Assembly (NCBI GenBank): GCA_964551725.1
Contig: CAZKED010000006.1
Coordinates: 1 to 46,194, forward strand
From: an uncultured archaeon
GTDB lineage: Archaea; Iainarchaeota; Iainarchaeia; Iainarchaeales; DTGL01
Direction of reading: 5' to 3'
DNA length: 46,194 bases
Shown: positions 28,415 through 37,259 of the stretch, piece by piece
Numbering within the stretch: position 1 is the first letter of the stretch
How the letters are laid out: each line of letters begins with the position of its first letter
The notes under the pieces: generated by a model
The model's input: only the letters and a program-made list of their open reading frames with translations
The model's database searches: none
What the model was told of the DNA's origin: nothing
Position numbers and translations under genes: made by a program

Positions 28415-28561
28415 TTATTCTACTCTTATGCATTTTCCCCTGAAAGGACAGCCGGTGCAGTTGCTTTTCTCCTCCAGCTGCTTTTTAATGCTCCTGCAGA
28501 CGAAGTACGCCGAAGCAATTCCCGTCAGGAAAAATGCCATGGTCCACAGAAAATCAGCCAA
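28415..28561 (-). CDS. FeoB-associated Cys-rich small membrane protein
   Basis: TM followed by CTGCP..C, right after feoB; start TTG 28561 or ATG 28540. Confidence 0.65.
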   Translation of the reverse strand: MADFLWTMAFFLTGIASAYFVCRSIKKQLEEKSNCTGCPFRGKCIRVE

Positions 28562-30575
28562 ATCCAAGAAGCAGCCCTCCCTGGTAGAAAACGAATGAAA
28601 CAATCCACGCAAGAACCAAACTGTATGTTATTGCCAGAGCAGTCCACTTCCAGCTCCCGGTCTCTTTTTTGATTACCGCAATCGTTGCAATGCATGGAAT
28701 GTAAATAAGGGTCGTCAGCATGAAGGAATATGCTGAAAGCGGCGTGAAATCCCGCTTTAACGCTTCCCCAATCCCTTCCTCCCCCACCCCGTAGAGAGTG
28801 CCGAAGGTTCCCACTACAACCTCTTTTGCCACAACGCCGAAAACAAGGGAAACGGCGGACTGCCAGTTTCCAAAGCCCAATGGCTCGAAAACCGGGGCAA
28901 TTGCCGTTCCTATCTGTCCCACCACGCTCTGCTGTGAAGCGTATTCCACTCCCAAAGGCAGGTTTGCCAAAAACCATATCAGTATTACGGCGGCGAAGAT
29001 TATTGTTCCGGCTCTTACGACAAATTGCTTGCTTCTTTCCCATGTGTGTATTGCCAAGCCGGTTATTGTCGGCAGCCTGTAAGGCGGCAGTTCCATTACA
29101 AAAGGGCTTGAAAGACCCTTGAAGAACAATTTCTTGAACAGCAATCCCATGAGAATCGCCAGCATTATGCCTGTAAGGTAAAGGGAGAATATCACAATGC
29201 CCTGGTTTTCGGAGAAGAACGCGCCGGCGAAAAGCACGTAAACAGGCAGTCTTGCCGAACAGGACATCAATGGATTTATGAGTATTGTCAGTATGCGGTC
29301 CTTTCTGCTTTCAAGCGTGCGGGTGGCCATTACCGCGGGCACATTGCATCCGAAGCCCAAAAGCATTGGAATGAAGGATTTGCCGTGCAGCCCGATTTTG
29401 TGCATAAGCCTGTCCATTATAAACGCTGCCCTTGCCAGGTATCCCGAATCCTCCAAAAAAGCGATTATGAGGAACAAAAGCGCAATGTTCGGAAGGAACA
29501 CCAAAATGCTTCCTATTCCCCCGATTACGCCGTCCGATACAAATGAAGAAAGCCACGCGGGAGAATTTGTTCCGGCAATGAGTGATGCGGCATTCTCGCC
29601 CGCTGCTGCAAAAAACCCGTCAATTAATTCAACAAACGGGCGTCCTACTTCAAATGTGATAGTGAACATCAGCCACACTATTGCCAAAAAAATCGGGATT
29701 CCGAGCGTTTTGTTCAGCAGGACCCTGTCCATTCTTTCTGAAAAGCAGAGCCTGTCGGGACAGGTTCTGCTTGCGGATTCCTTAACTGCGCCCATGACAA
29801 AGCCGTACCTGGCATCGGCAATCGCTGTGTCCACGTCCTTTCCGAACACGTTCTCCAAATGCTTCCTGTCCTTTTCCGCCTTTTCCAGCACATCTTTTCC
29901 GCCGTCCAGGGCTTCCACCAATTTTATTACTTCCCTGTCGTTCTCCAGCACTTTCAGTGCAATCCACTTCGGGCTGTATTTTTCCGGAAGTTTTATTGTT
30001 TCCTTTATGAATTTTTCCGTTTTGGCAAGATGGTCTTCTATTTCGTTTCCGTACCCAATAATCGGTTTTCTTCTTTTCGGTTTTTTGCCCGAGGAGAGAA
30101 CCTTGTCCATCAGTTCGCTGATGCCGGAATTCCTGTTCGCTTCGATTTTCTTAACAGGTATACCGAAAAGTCTTGAAAGCCTTTTTTCGTTGATTTTTAT
30201 GCCCTGCGCTTCGGCGAGTTTGACCATATTCAATGCGACCACAACGTTTGCTCCCAGTTCAATCAGTTGGACTGTAAGGTAGAGGTTCCTTTCAAGGTTG
30301 GCTACATCGACTATGTGAATTACGGCATCGGGGCTTTCCTCAACAATGTAATTCCTCGCGATTATTTCCTCCGCCGAGTAAGCCGTGAGGCTGTAGGCGC
30401 CGGGCAGGTCAACTACTCTGATTTTTTTTCCCCTGCGAACAAGGATTCCTTCCTTTTTTTCCACTGTTTTTCCCGGCCAGTTTCCCACGTGCTGCCTCAG
30501 CCCTGTAAGGGCGTTGAACAGTGTCGATTTTCCCACATTGGGGTTTCCCGCCAGTGCAACGGTAAACTCTTCCAT
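28554..30575 (-). CDS. feoB: Ferrous iron transporter B
   Basis: [51 protein letters not shown]. Confidence 0.97.
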   Translation of the reverse strand: MEEFTVALAGNPNVGKSTLFNALTGLRQHVGNWPGKTVEKKEGILVRRGKKIRVVDLPGAYSLTAYSAEEIIARNYIVEESPDAVIHIVDVANLERNLYLTVQLIELGANVVVALNMVKLAEAQGIKINEKRLSRLFGIPVKKIEANRNSGISELMDKVLSSGKKPKRRKPIIGYGNEIEDHLAKTEKFIKETIKLPEKYSPKWIALKVLENDREVIKLVEALDGGKDVLEKAEKDRKHLENVFGKDVDTAIADARYGFVMGAVKESASRTCPDRLCFSERMDRVLLNKTLGIPIFLAIVWLMFTITFEVGRPFVELIDGFFAAAGENAASLIAGTNSPAWLSSFVSDGVIGGIGSILVFLPNIALLFLIIAFLEDSGYLARAAFIMDRLMHKIGLHGKSFIPMLLGFGCNVPAVMATRTLESRKDRILTILINPLMSCSARLPVYVLFAGAFFSENQGIVIFSLYLTGIMLAILMGLLFKKLFFKGLSSPFVMELPPYRLPTITGLAIHTWERSKQFVVRAGTIIFAAVILIWFLANLPLGVEYASQQSVVGQIGTAIAPVFEPLGFGNWQSAVSLVFGVVAKEVVVGTFGTLYGVGEEGIGEALKRDFTPLSAYSFMLTTLIYIPCIATIAVIKKETGSWKWTALAITYSLVLAWIVSFVFYQGGLLLGFG

Positions 30576-30797
30576 TTATTCCACCAGTATTTTGAGCGCC
30601 TCGCCCCTGCCGAGGGCAAGCGTTGAATCGAGAACCTTTATCACCACGGGACCGAAAACGTCGTTCTTTTTCACCACAACTTTCGTTCCCTCGTATAAGC
30701 CGAGTTCGCTCAGTCTTTTCTTCAAGCACCTGCCGCTCCTGATTTCCTTAATTTCCACTTCTCTGCCTTCCTTGACCTCTGCAAGCGGTTCAGCCAT
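30576..30797 (-). CDS. feoA: Ferrous iron transport protein A
   Basis: RLSELGLYEG..GPVVI..LALGRGEA.KI.V; GGAGGT SD. Confidence 0.93.
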   Translation of the reverse strand: MAEPLAEVKEGREVEIKEIRSGRCLKKRLSELGLYEGTKVVVKKNDVFGPVVIKVLDSTLALGRGEALKILVE

Positions 30798-30860
30798 TCA
30801 GATTACCTCCGCAACCATCGCTGGTTTTTTTTTGGCTTTAATTTTTTTAACCTGACTTTT

Positions 30861-31295
30861 TCACTCACTCTTCATCCCCAGCACGTGGATTTTTTTTCCG
30901 TGGGGGCAGACCTTGGGGTGCCCCACAAACTTGTCCAGTTTCCTCACAACTTTGTCGGAGAGCGCGTGCTCCAGCACGTGGATGTCGTCGTATATTTTGT
31001 CGGGGTCGAATCCAAGGCACTTGACAAGGAACACGCCGATTACCCTGCGCGCGTGAACAATTTTTCTCACCTCTTTCAGCCCCTTTCTGGTGAAAAAAAT
31101 GTTGCCGTAGGGCTTTGCCTTCACCAGTTTCATTTTCTTCAGTTTTCCCACTGCCTCGGAAACGCTCGGCTTTGAAATCCCGAGCAGTTTTGCAACCTCC
31201 GCCGATTTCACTCCCTCTGACTTGTCGGATTGCTCCTCGTAAATAAAATAAACCGACAAAAGGTAATCCTCGATTGTTTTCTTTCTCACAGGCAA
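30861..31295 (-). CDS. DtxR/MntR-family metal-dependent regulator
   Basis: EDYL, VAKLLGISKPSVSE, LEH, P.VCPHG. Confidence 0.9.
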   Translation of the reverse strand: MPVRKKTIEDYLLSVYFIYEEQSDKSEGVKSAEVAKLLGISKPSVSEAVGKLKKMKLVKAKPYGNIFFTRKGLKEVRKIVHARRVIGVFLVKCLGFDPDKIYDDIHVLEHALSDKVVRKLDKFVGHPKVCPHGKKIHVLGMKSE

Positions 31296-31318
31296 AACCC
31301 TGAAAGCAGTCCTATAAG

Positions 31319-31370
31319 TTAGGAATGCCTGATGTGTTTAAAAACCTTTTGTGAAATTAGGCATGCCTAA
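31319..31370. promoter_or_regulatory. Two DtxR-type boxes flanking the TATA box of the dtxR-feoAB operon
   Basis: TTAGGCATGCCTAA (31357-31370, perfect) and TTAGGAATGCCTGA (31319-31332), with TTTAAAAA between them. Confidence 0.75.
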
Positions 31371-31376
31371 CTTAAT

Positions 31377-32570
31377 TTATGCAAGGGAGAGCGCGAGAAA
31401 AAAGGAAACAGCGAGCGCCAGCAGAGCCGGAACCGCAAGGGTCTTGAGGTAATTGCTGAAACCCGCTCCGAAGTAAGCCAGAGAAACCGAGACACACGGG
31501 TGCACCGGCGATATCGCATAGCCCAGAAACACGGAGAAATACATTACCGCAAAGCCGGGCAGGGGCATCGATGCCAGGGAGTATTTCGCGAGGAATATGG
31601 GGATTACTATGGATGCCGGCACCTGAATCCTGCCGGTTGCAAACCCCAAAAAGAAGCCGACGGGAACCAAAAGAGTTGCGGCATTCAAAGGAAGTGCAGC
31701 AAGCAGTTCCGGCAGAGGCGAAGCCTGGAACACGTGCAGGAAGAAAAACATCCCGAAAATTATGAGCGAGAAATTCCAGGGAGTCATTTCAACGAAAACC
31801 TTTCTTAATCTTTTCGTGCCCGGCTTTCCTGCAATAAAGGCAAGGAGCAAGCCGAAGGAAACAGCAAGCACCGTGGCGGCTTCCGCTATCTGCGGATTGA
31901 AAAAAGCCCTGAGAGCGAAATCGAGCAGCGGCGCGGAAAGGATTACCGCCAAGGGAACAAGCAGCCACTTGAGGGAGAATCTTTCGCTGTAATCTATTTT
32001 CCCGCCTGCCTTTCTCAGGAAAAACCAGTAACCCAGCAGCAGGGAGAACAGAAAGAAGGGGAAAAGGAACGCGATGGCGGAATAAAGCTCGACTCCCGCA
32101 ATTTTTGCCGAGGCGATAAGGCTCGGGGCGAGGGGGTAAACGAGCAGGAGTATGTGCCTGAACCACACATTGATTGCAACTTTCAGTTTCGCGGCAATTT
32201 CCTTCCCGGCTTTTTCAATTAACGGAGCCGACATCAGCGCTCCGCCGGGCATTGGAAGCATTCCGAGCAATGCCGGCGCAAAGGCAAGGAAGGGCTTTTT
32301 TCCGATTCTCAGGTTTCTGACCAGATTGTCCATTTGACCGGTTTCCTCCATTGTTCCGCCGATTAAAGGAATTATTCCAACGGCAAGGGCAAGAAGGACA
32401 ATTGAAGGCTCTGTAATGGTAAAAACGAACTGTGAAAGCATTTCCCCGAGGGGGAGAAGCAGGAGACCGAGGGACAATGCGCCCAGGAAAAGCGCCGCGG
32501 GAAGGCTTTTCCTCGAAAAAATTAACACCAGCGAAACCGAAACAACAAATGCAGCGAGTTCAAAAATCAT
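31377..32570 (-). CDS. DUF401-family multi-pass membrane protein
   Basis: PALLGMLPMPGGALMSAP, INVWFRH, SPVHPC. Confidence 0.85.
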   Translation of the reverse strand: MIFELAAFVVSVSLVLIFSRKSLPAALFLGALSLGLLLLPLGEMLSQFVFTITEPSIVLLALAVGIIPLIGGTMEETGQMDNLVRNLRIGKKPFLAFAPALLGMLPMPGGALMSAPLIEKAGKEIAAKLKVAINVWFRHILLLVYPLAPSLIASAKIAGVELYSAIAFLFPFFLFSLLLGYWFFLRKAGGKIDYSERFSLKWLLVPLAVILSAPLLDFALRAFFNPQIAEAATVLAVSFGLLLAFIAGKPGTKRLRKVFVEMTPWNFSLIIFGMFFFLHVFQASPLPELLAALPLNAATLLVPVGFFLGFATGRIQVPASIVIPIFLAKYSLASMPLPGFAVMYFSVFLGYAISPVHPCVSVSLAYFGAGFSNYLKTLAVPALLALAVSFFLALSLA

Positions 32571-32704
32571 TATTCTCCCCGAAACAAGAGCCCATAACCA
32601 GCATTAACTGACTGCATTTTTTAATTTTATTGCCCCATTGATGTTATATTCCCTGCTTTTTGGCGAGAAGGAAAAAAACATGTTTTTGAACCGGGAGTGG
32701 AGCA

Positions 32705-33106
32705 ATGAGTGAATTGGACGAAATAAGGCAAAAAAAGATAAGGGAAATCCTAAACAAAAGGTTCATTACAAGCGCAGACCCTAAAATGGAAGTCAGCGAT
32801 TCAAATTTCAGAGAAGAAGTACTGGAGAGGTCGAAGAAAGTGCCTGTTGTCGTGGACTTTCACGCGGACTGGTGCATGCCCTGCAGGATTATAAGCCCAA
32901 TGCTGGAAAAGATTGCCCGGGAATACGGGGGAAAATTTACGCTGGCAAAGCTCGACATACAGCACTCCCCCCTTACAAGCAATGCCTACAACATTTCCAG
33001 CATTCCCGCAGTTAAAATGTTCAAGAACGGCAGGGTTGCCGCGGGATTCGTCGGGGCAATTCCCGAAAACCGCATGCGGGCGTGGCTGGAAGAAAACCTG
33101 AATTGA
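32705..33106 (+). CDS. trxA: Thioredoxin
   Basis: VVVDFHADWCMPC, SIPAV; ELDEIR N-terminal extension. Confidence 0.9.
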   Translation: MSELDEIRQKKIREILNKRFITSADPKMEVSDSNFREEVLERSKKVPVVVDFHADWCMPCRIISPMLEKIAREYGGKFTLAKLDIQHSPLTSNAYNISSIPAVKMFKNGRVAAGFVGAIPENRMRAWLEENLN

Positions 33107-33122
33107 AAAAGGAAGCGGTAAA

Positions 33123-33389
33123 ATAAACAAAAAGGAAAAAGAACTCGTGGAAGAATGCAAAAGATACGCAGAGGAAAACGGGTTCAGACTGAATCCGGAG
33201 AAGAAAATTGTGGAAGGCAATGTGAAAAGACTGCTGGAAAACGAAAAAAGAGAGGGCGAAAGGTACTGCCCCTGCAGGCGAACCACCGGCGACAGGGAAA
33301 AAGACAAGAAAATAATCTGCCCCTGCGCTTACCACAGAGAAGAAATAAGAAGGCAGGGCTACTGCCACTGCATGCTTTTCGTGAAGTGA
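33123..33389 (+). CDS. Ferredoxin:thioredoxin reductase catalytic subunit-like
   Basis: YCPCR, CPC, CHC.LFV; start uncertain (ATA 33123 or GTG 33147). Confidence 0.88.
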   Translation: MNKKEKELVEECKRYAEENGFRLNPEKKIVEGNVKRLLENEKREGERYCPCRRTTGDREKDKKIICPCAYHREEIRRQGYCHCMLFVK

Positions 33390-33393
33390 AACC

Positions 33394-33711
33394 GTGGAAT
33401 TGCTTTTGTTCGTATCATCGCGCTGCCCTGTCTGCCCGAAGGCGGAAAGGATAGTCAAAAAAATCGCCAGAAACTATTCCGGAAAGGGTCTCGAATTCAG
33501 GAAAGTCAGGACAAAAACAAGAGAGGGGAAAGTTTTAGTGGGAGAAATGAACATAAACGCGACTCCGACAATAATCTTCTTGGACCAGGGAGGAAACGAG
33601 GTGAAAAGAATTGTCGGCGTTCCCGAAGAAAGCGACCTGAAAAACAAAGTGGAAAAAATGCTCGGATTGAAGAAAAGCCCGCTGGACAGAATACTCGGCT
33701 GGCGCAAGTGA
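33394..33711 (+). CDS. Thioredoxin/glutaredoxin-like protein
   Basis: CPVC, ATPT; GTG start. Confidence 0.82.
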   Translation: MELLLFVSSRCPVCPKAERIVKKIARNYSGKGLEFRKVRTKTREGKVLVGEMNINATPTIIFLDQGGNEVKRIVGVPEESDLKNKVEKMLGLKKSPLDRILGWRK

Positions 33712-33720
33712 AATGAATTT

Positions 33721-34782
33721 TCAGGTATGGGCTTTTGCCCCTTTCCAGTCCGCAAGCCGCTCTTTATCCTGCTTTCTCACAAAATCTTCAGCGCCCAGCA
33801 TTGCGTGCTTCGACATGTCCGGCGAATACCTGCTTGCCGGAACAGTTCTGCCGAGCGCTTCCGCCATCGCCCTCGTGAAATGCGGGGCATTACCGCAGCA
33901 CAAGCCGAGGTAGTTTACACCGAGTTTTCTGGCTTTCACTGCAAATTCCGCCACCTCCTCCCGGTTCAAGAGGAAGGGCTCAAGGTTCAGGGGAAATGCC
34001 TGTTTTCCTTTCCCGTCTTTCAGTTTTTGGAAAGTGGACTCCCGCGGACTGGTACGGTAAGGGACGGGCAGTGCGGCGAGACTGCCCTTCACCTTTTTCC
34101 TTGCCTTTTCGAGCAGCGGAAGCATTGTCGCCGGACCCATGCCGCAGTTCAAGCCGACAACATCGGCTCCGGATTTCTCCAGTTTCCTGCAGGCGTTCTC
34201 CCAGGAATGCCCGTCCCTTGTTTCTCTCAGGTCGGGTATGAACGTGACCACTGCGGGCAATTCAAAGGACTTGATTACTTCGAGCGCGATCAGCGCTTCC
34301 CCGAAGTAGTCGATTGTTTCCGCTATCACGAAATCGACGCCCTCCTCTTTTGCCCATTTCACCTGCTCCGTGAACATTTCCCTCACGGTTTCATGTGTTT
34401 CCGGCTCTTCCGGGTTGTACACCCAGGTGTTGCATATGTTGCCCGCGAGCAAGGCTTTTCCTTCAAGGGCAACCTTTTTTGCTATTCGCAGTGCCCTGCG
34501 GTTCATTTTTTCGAGTTCTGATTCCCTTCCAATCACTTTCAGTTTTCCGCGGTGTGCGTAGTAGGTGAATGCCTCGATTACGTCCGAGCCCGCGCGCAAA
34601 AACTCGCGGTGCAGTTCCTCCACTGCTGCGGGGTAGTCGAGCACGGCTTCCGGGACAAACGGCCCGGCTTTCACGTACCCCCGGCGCTCTAATTCAAACA
34701 GGTAGCCCTCGGCGCAAAGGACAAAATCCGATTCAAGTCTTTCGAGCAAGCCTTTTCCCGGCACAATCAGAAATAGGCACAA
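33721..34782 (-). CDS. Homocysteine S-methyltransferase family, BHMT-like
   Basis: LERRGYVKAGPFVPE, LHREFLRAGSDV, AET, GLNC, GLCCG; start may be GTG 34764. Confidence 0.88.
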   Translation of the reverse strand: MCLFLIVPGKGLLERLESDFVLCAEGYLFELERRGYVKAGPFVPEAVLDYPAAVEELHREFLRAGSDVIEAFTYYAHRGKLKVIGRESELEKMNRRALRIAKKVALEGKALLAGNICNTWVYNPEEPETHETVREMFTEQVKWAKEEGVDFVIAETIDYFGEALIALEVIKSFELPAVVTFIPDLRETRDGHSWENACRKLEKSGADVVGLNCGMGPATMLPLLEKARKKVKGSLAALPVPYRTSPRESTFQKLKDGKGKQAFPLNLEPFLLNREEVAEFAVKARKLGVNYLGLCCGNAPHFTRAMAEALGRTVPASRYSPDMSKHAMLGAEDFVRKQDKERLADWKGAKAHT

Positions 34783-34828
34783 AAATTAATTTAAAAATAT
34801 TGAAATCCGCCCTGGTTTCGGGAAAACC

Positions 34829-35410
34829 TCATTTTTTCCTCGCCAGCAACTTCCTGATTGCCACGAGCTCTTTAAGTATTTTTTCGCCGGTTTCCTCGGT
34901 TTCGAAAGATTCCACCGCGACCGGCTTCCTGCTACGCACAAAATCAATTATTATCTCTCTGAGCTCCTCAAAATTCCTTATTCCCTCGAGTTTCAGTTCC
35001 GCGTTCATTTTATTGGCGGAATAGCCGGCAGTCTGCACCTTGAGCGCTGCAATGCCGAGCGCCCTTGAAACAGGTCCTTGGGCGATGTCAACGTTTGTAA
35101 TCCTGTTGTAGGGCACTATGCCCGTGGTCCTGAACCAGACGCCGCGCCTCCACGTTATCTCGGTGCCCGTAAGGCTGTATGTTATGGAAGAACAGTATTT
35201 CGGAATCCACCAAGCCGTGAACAGGAACACTGCCAGCGCGATGACAAGGGAGGGAACGGAAATGAACGGCGGCGCGAAGAGCACTGCCGGGAAAAGCCAG
35301 ACAAGAGCAAGAAAGGCGAATGCCCCGAAAAAGTTAATCCAGTAAAGCGTTTTGAACTCCGGCGCCGGACCGAACTCCCTGCAGGCAGACTGCTCCGCGG
35401 TTTTCTTCAT
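34829..35410 (-). CDS. YdbS-like membrane protein with bPH_2 domain
   Basis: Two TMs, then Y.L....RRGV.F....VPY.RI..V...QGP..R.LG...VQTAG. Confidence 0.82.
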   Translation of the reverse strand: MKKTAEQSACREFGPAPEFKTLYWINFFGAFAFLALVWLFPAVLFAPPFISVPSLVIALAVFLFTAWWIPKYCSSITYSLTGTEITWRRGVWFRTTGIVPYNRITNVDIAQGPVSRALGIAALKVQTAGYSANKMNAELKLEGIRNFEELREIIIDFVRSRKPVAVESFETEETGEKILKELVAIRKLLARKK

Positions 35411-35463
35411 TTTAACCACTTTTAACTCTTAAATTATAGTAGATAATATTAATAAAGAGAAAG

Positions 35464-35536
35464 CGTCCAGGGTCGGACTTGAACCGACGACCTGCTGGTT
35501 AACAGCCAGCTGCTCTACCAACTGAGCTACCTGGAC
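35464..35536 (-). tRNA. tRNA-Asn(GTT), 73 nt, no intron, no encoded CCA
   Basis: Cloverleaf: GTCCAGG/CCTGGAC acceptor stem, CTGTTAA anticodon loop, GTTCAAGTC T arm. Confidence 0.96.
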
Positions 35537-36104
35537 ACGCGTTCACTGATTCCCTGGTTTGGCAATGTGTTATTTTTTGTGTTAATTTGCAGAATCGAGT
35601 TCTAATAATTAAAGCGCAAAGGATTAAAAACACTTATTCGGCCGCCTGCCGGCGCGGGCAGGCGGAGCGCGAAAAACAGCGGGAAACGTGCCCCGAGAAC
35701 TACTTATACATAACATAGAATTCCCGCCCGGCTTTCACGCCCCCGGAAAATTTCACGAAAAAAGCATTAAATTTCCCCGAAAGGCGTGAAAAAAGAGCAT
35801 TTTTTCTTTTTCCGCCGAAAAAGCCGTGAAAAACCCCTTTTTCAGGAAAAAGGGCAACGCAAAGGCGCAGAAGTGTGGGAAAGGCATATAAAGGGCGAAA
35901 AATGGTTTCAATAGCGAAAAATAACGCCTGAAAAAGTTAGAAAAACTGAAAAAATAAGTATACATAATTCAGTTTTTCATTAACATTTGGCGTCGAATGG
36001 AAAGGAGTGTTAATCTGCCCCCTTTTGGAAAACAAAACCTATTTAAAGGAGATTGGGCATAATATTATCGTTTAACGCTTTCCTATGGAAAAAGGGGTGA
36101 TTTT

Positions 36105-37181
36105 TTGAAGAGCATTGTTGAAAACGCTATGGACCGTGCCACTGCCGAGGAAGACAAACTCGAGGAGTTCGGCACGCCGAAAATAATGGTAATTGGAACA
36201 GGGGGTGCGGGCTCAAATGCTGTTAACAGGCTTGCAAACATGGGCGTCAGCGGCGCGCAGCTTGTTGCAGTCAACACCGACAAGCAGCACCTCTCCCTGA
36301 TAAACGACGAGCTGACAAAGGTTCTCATCGGCAAGAGTGTTACCCGCGGACTCGGCGCCGGCGGCTACCCTGAAATAGGAGCCAAAGCCGCGGAAGTCTC
36401 CCGCTCTGCTCTGGAGGAAATACTCAACGGAGTGGACATGTTGTTCCTCAGCGCGGGAATGGGCGGGGGAACAGGAACGGGCTCAGCGCCGATTATCGCA
36501 GAAATAGCAAAGGAGCAGGGAGCAATCGTAATAGGCATTGTCACATATCCTTTTGCCCTGGAAAAAGCCCGTTTGTCAAAAGCGGAAGAGGGCATAAATT
36601 CCCTGCAGGGCGTTACAGATACGGTAGTTGTAATCGACAACAACCGCTTGGTTGAACTGGTGCCAAATCTGCCAATACAGGACGCTTTTAAGGTTGCGGA
36701 CGAAGTGATTGCCCGCACCGTGCGAGGAATAACCGAAACAATTACGCAACCATCCCTCATAAACCTGGACTATGCCGATGTGAGGGCGGTAATGAGCAAC
36801 CAAGGGCTGAGCGTTATCGCTGTCGGAGAAAGCAAGTCAGTGGACAAAGTGAACGAGGTTGTCGACGACACGCTCAAGAACGCACTGCTGGACGTGGACA
36901 TTACGGGTTCAACAGGCGCATTGATTCACATTACAGGCGGGCCGGAACTCACTCTGGGGGAAGCCAACGCCGTGGGAGAAATGCTCACGGAGAAGATTGA
37001 CCCGAAAGCGCAGGTGATATGGGGTTCCAGGGTGGATCCTACCTTCGAGAACAAAATAGAGGTAATAACAATCTTCACAGGTGTAACGTCGCCCTACATA
37101 AAGGGACCCTCCAGCAGGGTTGCCGGAGGCGGCCCGAAAAAGTACGGCACAAGGGACCTGGAAATAGACTTCATAAAGTGA
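36105..37181 (+). CDS. ftsZ: Cell division protein FtsZ (FtsZ2-like)
   Basis: GGAG, GMGGGTGTG, NLDYADV; N-terminus SIVENAM..EFG.PKI resembles FtsZ2; GGGGTGA SD, TTG start. Confidence 0.96.
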   Translation: MKSIVENAMDRATAEEDKLEEFGTPKIMVIGTGGAGSNAVNRLANMGVSGAQLVAVNTDKQHLSLINDELTKVLIGKSVTRGLGAGGYPEIGAKAAEVSRSALEEILNGVDMLFLSAGMGGGTGTGSAPIIAEIAKEQGAIVIGIVTYPFALEKARLSKAEEGINSLQGVTDTVVVIDNNRLVELVPNLPIQDAFKVADEVIARTVRGITETITQPSLINLDYADVRAVMSNQGLSVIAVGESKSVDKVNEVVDDTLKNALLDVDITGSTGALIHITGGPELTLGEANAVGEMLTEKIDPKAQVIWGSRVDPTFENKIEVITIFTGVTSPYIKGPSSRVAGGGPKKYGTRDLEIDFIK

Positions 37182-37187
37182 ATTTCC

Positions 37188-37245
37188 ACCCCTTTTTCCC
37201 TTTCTTTTTTTTATTTTTTTCTTTTTTCTATTTCTTTTTTCCCCC
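37188..37245 (+). terminator. Long T-rich tract after ftsZ (archaeal-type terminator candidate)
   Basis: About 55 nt of oligo-T runs between convergent genes. Confidence 0.5.
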
Positions 37246-37259
37246 GCGCTCGGGCGCAT

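Noticed and set aside
29278-30282. 334-aa ORF antisense to feoB
   Set aside because: Shadow ORF
30803-30868. Short basic ORF between the DtxR gene and feoA
   Set aside because: About 21 codons with no convincing motif
35997-36062. 21-aa ORF MERSVNLPPFGKQNLFKGDWA upstream of ftsZ as a cdrS remnant
   Set aside because: Resemblance limited to MER; too short for a ribbon-helix-helix; overlaps the likely TATA box
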